A stretch of 64,000 bases of DNA from the NCBI GenBank assembly GCA_964203745.1, contig CAXNOC010000001.1, forward strand, positions 6,430 to 70,429. The letters are read 5' to 3'. This DNA comes from Candidatus Planktophila sp. (GTDB lineage Bacteria; Actinomycetota; Actinomycetes; Nanopelagicales; Nanopelagicaceae). The notes under the pieces were generated by a model. It worked only from the letters and a program-made list of their open reading frames with translations. It was not told the DNA's origin and searched no databases. Both the position numbers and the translations under genes were made by a program. Positions within the stretch are counted from its first letter, which is position 1. Each line of letters starts with the position of its first letter. Shown piece by piece: positions 62,032 through 64,000 of this stretch.

Positions 62032-63180
62032 ATGAATAAGAAGATCCAGCGGTCCCTCGCCGTTGTTTCTGCAGCTGCGCTAGTTTTTGGCGTTTCAGCG
62101 GTTACATCAGCGACGGCAGCACAAAAGACGGTCTACTTGGCATTCCAGGCTCCACTAACTGGACCTAACGCATTAACAGGCCAAGATGAACTAACGGGAG
62201 CAAAGTTTGCACTCTCTGAGTACAACGCTACAAATCCTGCGGTTAAGGTTGAGTTAGTTCTCGCAGATGATCAAGGTTTAGCTGAAGTTGCAGCAGTTGT
62301 TGCACCTGGAATTGCTTCGAATAAGAAGATTATCGGACTTATTGGACCAGCCTTCTCTGGCGCAACACAGGCATCACTTCCAGCATATAAAGCCAGTGGA
62401 TTAGCGATGATCTCTATGTCAGCGACGCGAGTTTCTTTAACAGATAAGAAAGCTCCGGTTAACGGCTTCCCAATCTTCAAGCGTGTTGTTGCAAATGATA
62501 AGTATCAGGGTCCAGCATTAGCGCGTTATGCGATCAAGGGTGTCACAGCTCCAAGCGTCTACCTAGTTGACGACAAGACTGCATACGGCAAAGGACTAGC
62601 TGATTACACATCACCAAGCCTTAAAGGAAAGATCGCGGGAACAGATAGCGTTCCTGAGAACACAAGTGATTACACATCAGTAGTTGCAAAGGTAAAGGCC
62701 TCTGGAGCTAACGTTGTGATCTACTGTGGTTACGCACCAGATGCAGCAAAGTTTGTTAAGGCTCTTCGCGATGGTGGATACACAGGTATCTTTGCCTCAG
62801 GCGATGGAACACTTAAGGCAACTTTCCCAAATAACGCTGGAAACACTGCAGCAGAGGGTTCACGCTTAACGGCTGCAGACGTTCCTTTTGAAGATGTAGC
62901 TACAGCTGCTCAGATGGTTGCATATACAAAGCTAACTGGAATCAAGGTTCCAGGAACTTATGTGACTTCAACATATAACGCTACAAATATCTTCCTCGAG
63001 TGTATCAAGCAGGGCAAGGTTTCACGCCCAGGTATCCAAGGCTGCCTCACAAACGGCACCTTCAAGGGTGTTGCTGGCGACACGATCAAGTTCGATCGCT
63101 ACGGAGACATCATCGGTGGAGCAGCCGTCGGTGCCTTCACGATCAAAGCAGGAAAGATTGTTTACGTAGCAGTTGCTTAA
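62032..63180 (+). CDS. livK: Branched-chain amino acid (Liv-type) ABC substrate-binding protein 2
   Basis: APLTG, DDQG, IGPAFSGAT, SAT..LT, YGKGLAD and GTFKGV...KFD..GD. Confidence 0.9.
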   Translation: MNKKIQRSLAVVSAAALVFGVSAVTSATAAQKTVYLAFQAPLTGPNALTGQDELTGAKFALSEYNATNPAVKVELVLADDQGLAEVAAVVAPGIASNKKIIGLIGPAFSGATQASLPAYKASGLAMISMSATRVSLTDKKAPVNGFPIFKRVVANDKYQGPALARYAIKGVTAPSVYLVDDKTAYGKGLADYTSPSLKGKIAGTDSVPENTSDYTSVVAKVKASGANVVIYCGYAPDAAKFVKALRDGGYTGIFASGDGTLKATFPNNAGNTAAEGSRLTAADVPFEDVATAAQMVAYTKLTGIKVPGTYVTSTYNATNIFLECIKQGKVSRPGIQGCLTNGTFKGVAGDTIKFDRYGDIIGGAAVGAFTIKAGKIVYVAVA

Positions 63181-63204
63181 CTAATAGATAAAAAAAGTAT
63201 CAAA

Positions 63205-63248
63205 TAGTCGCAGCCGTCTCTGGAAATATTCAGGGGCGGCTGCGATTA
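63205..63248 (+). other. About 20-bp stem-loop after SBP2, no U-tail (probable mRNA-stabilising hairpin)
   Basis: TAGTCGCAGCCGTCTCTGGA-AATA-TTCAGGGGCGGCTGCGATTA; the non-Watson-Crick pairs are G-U, consistent with an RNA-level structure. Confidence 0.7.
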
Positions 63249-63267
63249 CTACAATGAAGTGGACACT

Positions 63268-64000
63268 ATGAATTTACAGGTTTTAAGTAGTCAGTTTTGG
63301 TCTCTCTGTCTCCAGGGAGTGGCCCTTGGCTTTATATATGTTCTTATCTCTCTTGGCTACACCATGGTTTATGGAGTCCTGCGCTTAATCAACTTTGCTA
63401 ACTCCGAAGTCTTTATGATCGGAACATTTGCAACAGTTGTGGCACAAGTTGGAATCTTGAATAATCAAACTAACTCGCAGCCTCTTCATGGCTTTAGATT
63501 GGTCTACACTCTTTTATTTGCCCTAGTTTTCTCAATGCTAGTTAGCGGCATTCTCGGTGTTTTGGTTGAACTAGTCGCTTATAGACGCTTGCGCGCACTT
63601 GGAACGAATCGCTTAGCGAGTCTGATTTCAGCGATTGCTGTATCAATTGTTCTCTTGGAAACCACGCGCATCATTACATTCTCACGCCCACAAACCTCAC
63701 CACGACTCTTAGACAAGTGGTCTTTCGGCGAGGTAGCAGGTGCCAACTTTCGAATCGATACAGTCATGGTTATCGTCTCCGGAATTATAATTTTCTTTGT
63801 CCTCGATCGCTTCGTTACAAAGACGCGATTGGGTAAAGCAATCCGTGCCGTCTCTATGAGTGAGGAAAACTCAAAGTTGATGGGAATCAACCTCAACCGA
63901 GTTGTCTCCCTCACCTTTTTTATCGGTGGTTTAACAACGGGCGCGGCAGCATTCTTTTACACAACGGTCTACGAAACGACGCAGTTTAATGTTGGCTTCA
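63268..64000 (+). CDS. livH: Second LivH-type permease, runs off the window edge
   Basis: Not in the ORF track. My translation gives MNLQVLSSQFW...YVLISLGYTMVYGVLRLINFANSEVFM...TRLGKAIRAVS. Confidence 0.9.
   Translation, partial: MNLQVLSSQFWSLCLQGVALGFIYVLISLGYTMVYGVLRLINFANSEVFMIGTFATVVAQVGILNNQTNSQPLHGFRLVYTLLFALVFSMLVSGILGVLVELVAYRRLRALGTNRLASLISAIAVSIVLLETTRIITFSRPQTSPRLLDKWSFGEVAGANFRIDTVMVIVSGIIIFFVLDRFVTKTRLGKAIRAVSMSEENSKLMGINLNRVVSLTFFIGGLTTGAAAFFYTTVYETTQFNVGF

Overview
A gene-dense, largely core-genome segment of a streamlined, roughly mid-GC actinobacterium. Gene order and protein style suggest freshwater acI / Ca. Nanopelagicales, which is an inference. In order it carries: a cysN(partial)-cysD-SulP sulfate-activation block; an MFS transporter and DoxX; an SOS-type cassette (DUF6504/ImuB-C-like, dnaE2, dinB) preceded by a perfect LexA box and a PafBC-type promoter; the dcw cluster from mraZ to yggT, with MraZ boxes and an mraW RNA motif but no divIVA; ileS with its T-box; a histone-H1-like/DksA fusion; lspA, rluD, dnaE1; his and trp genes; VKOR-dsbA-lgt; VIT1; gltBD; pyk; tRNA-Leu(CAA); an ANTAR response regulator; and two tandem Liv-type ABC transporter sets. 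No CRISPR array, prophage or IS element was seen. The most interesting signals are: a hidden frameshifted MauE/DoxX-family remnant between VKOR and dsbA, suggesting in-place replacement of the DsbA redox partner; a DnaE2+DinB mutasome without ImuA/ImuB that appears to be under dual LexA/PafBC control; an mraW RNA loop perfectly complementary to the mraZ ribosome-binding site; an unannotated 56-aa minimal Trp-operon membrane protein; and ABC substrate-binding proteins that lack a lipobox and share a duplicated promoter/operator architecture.
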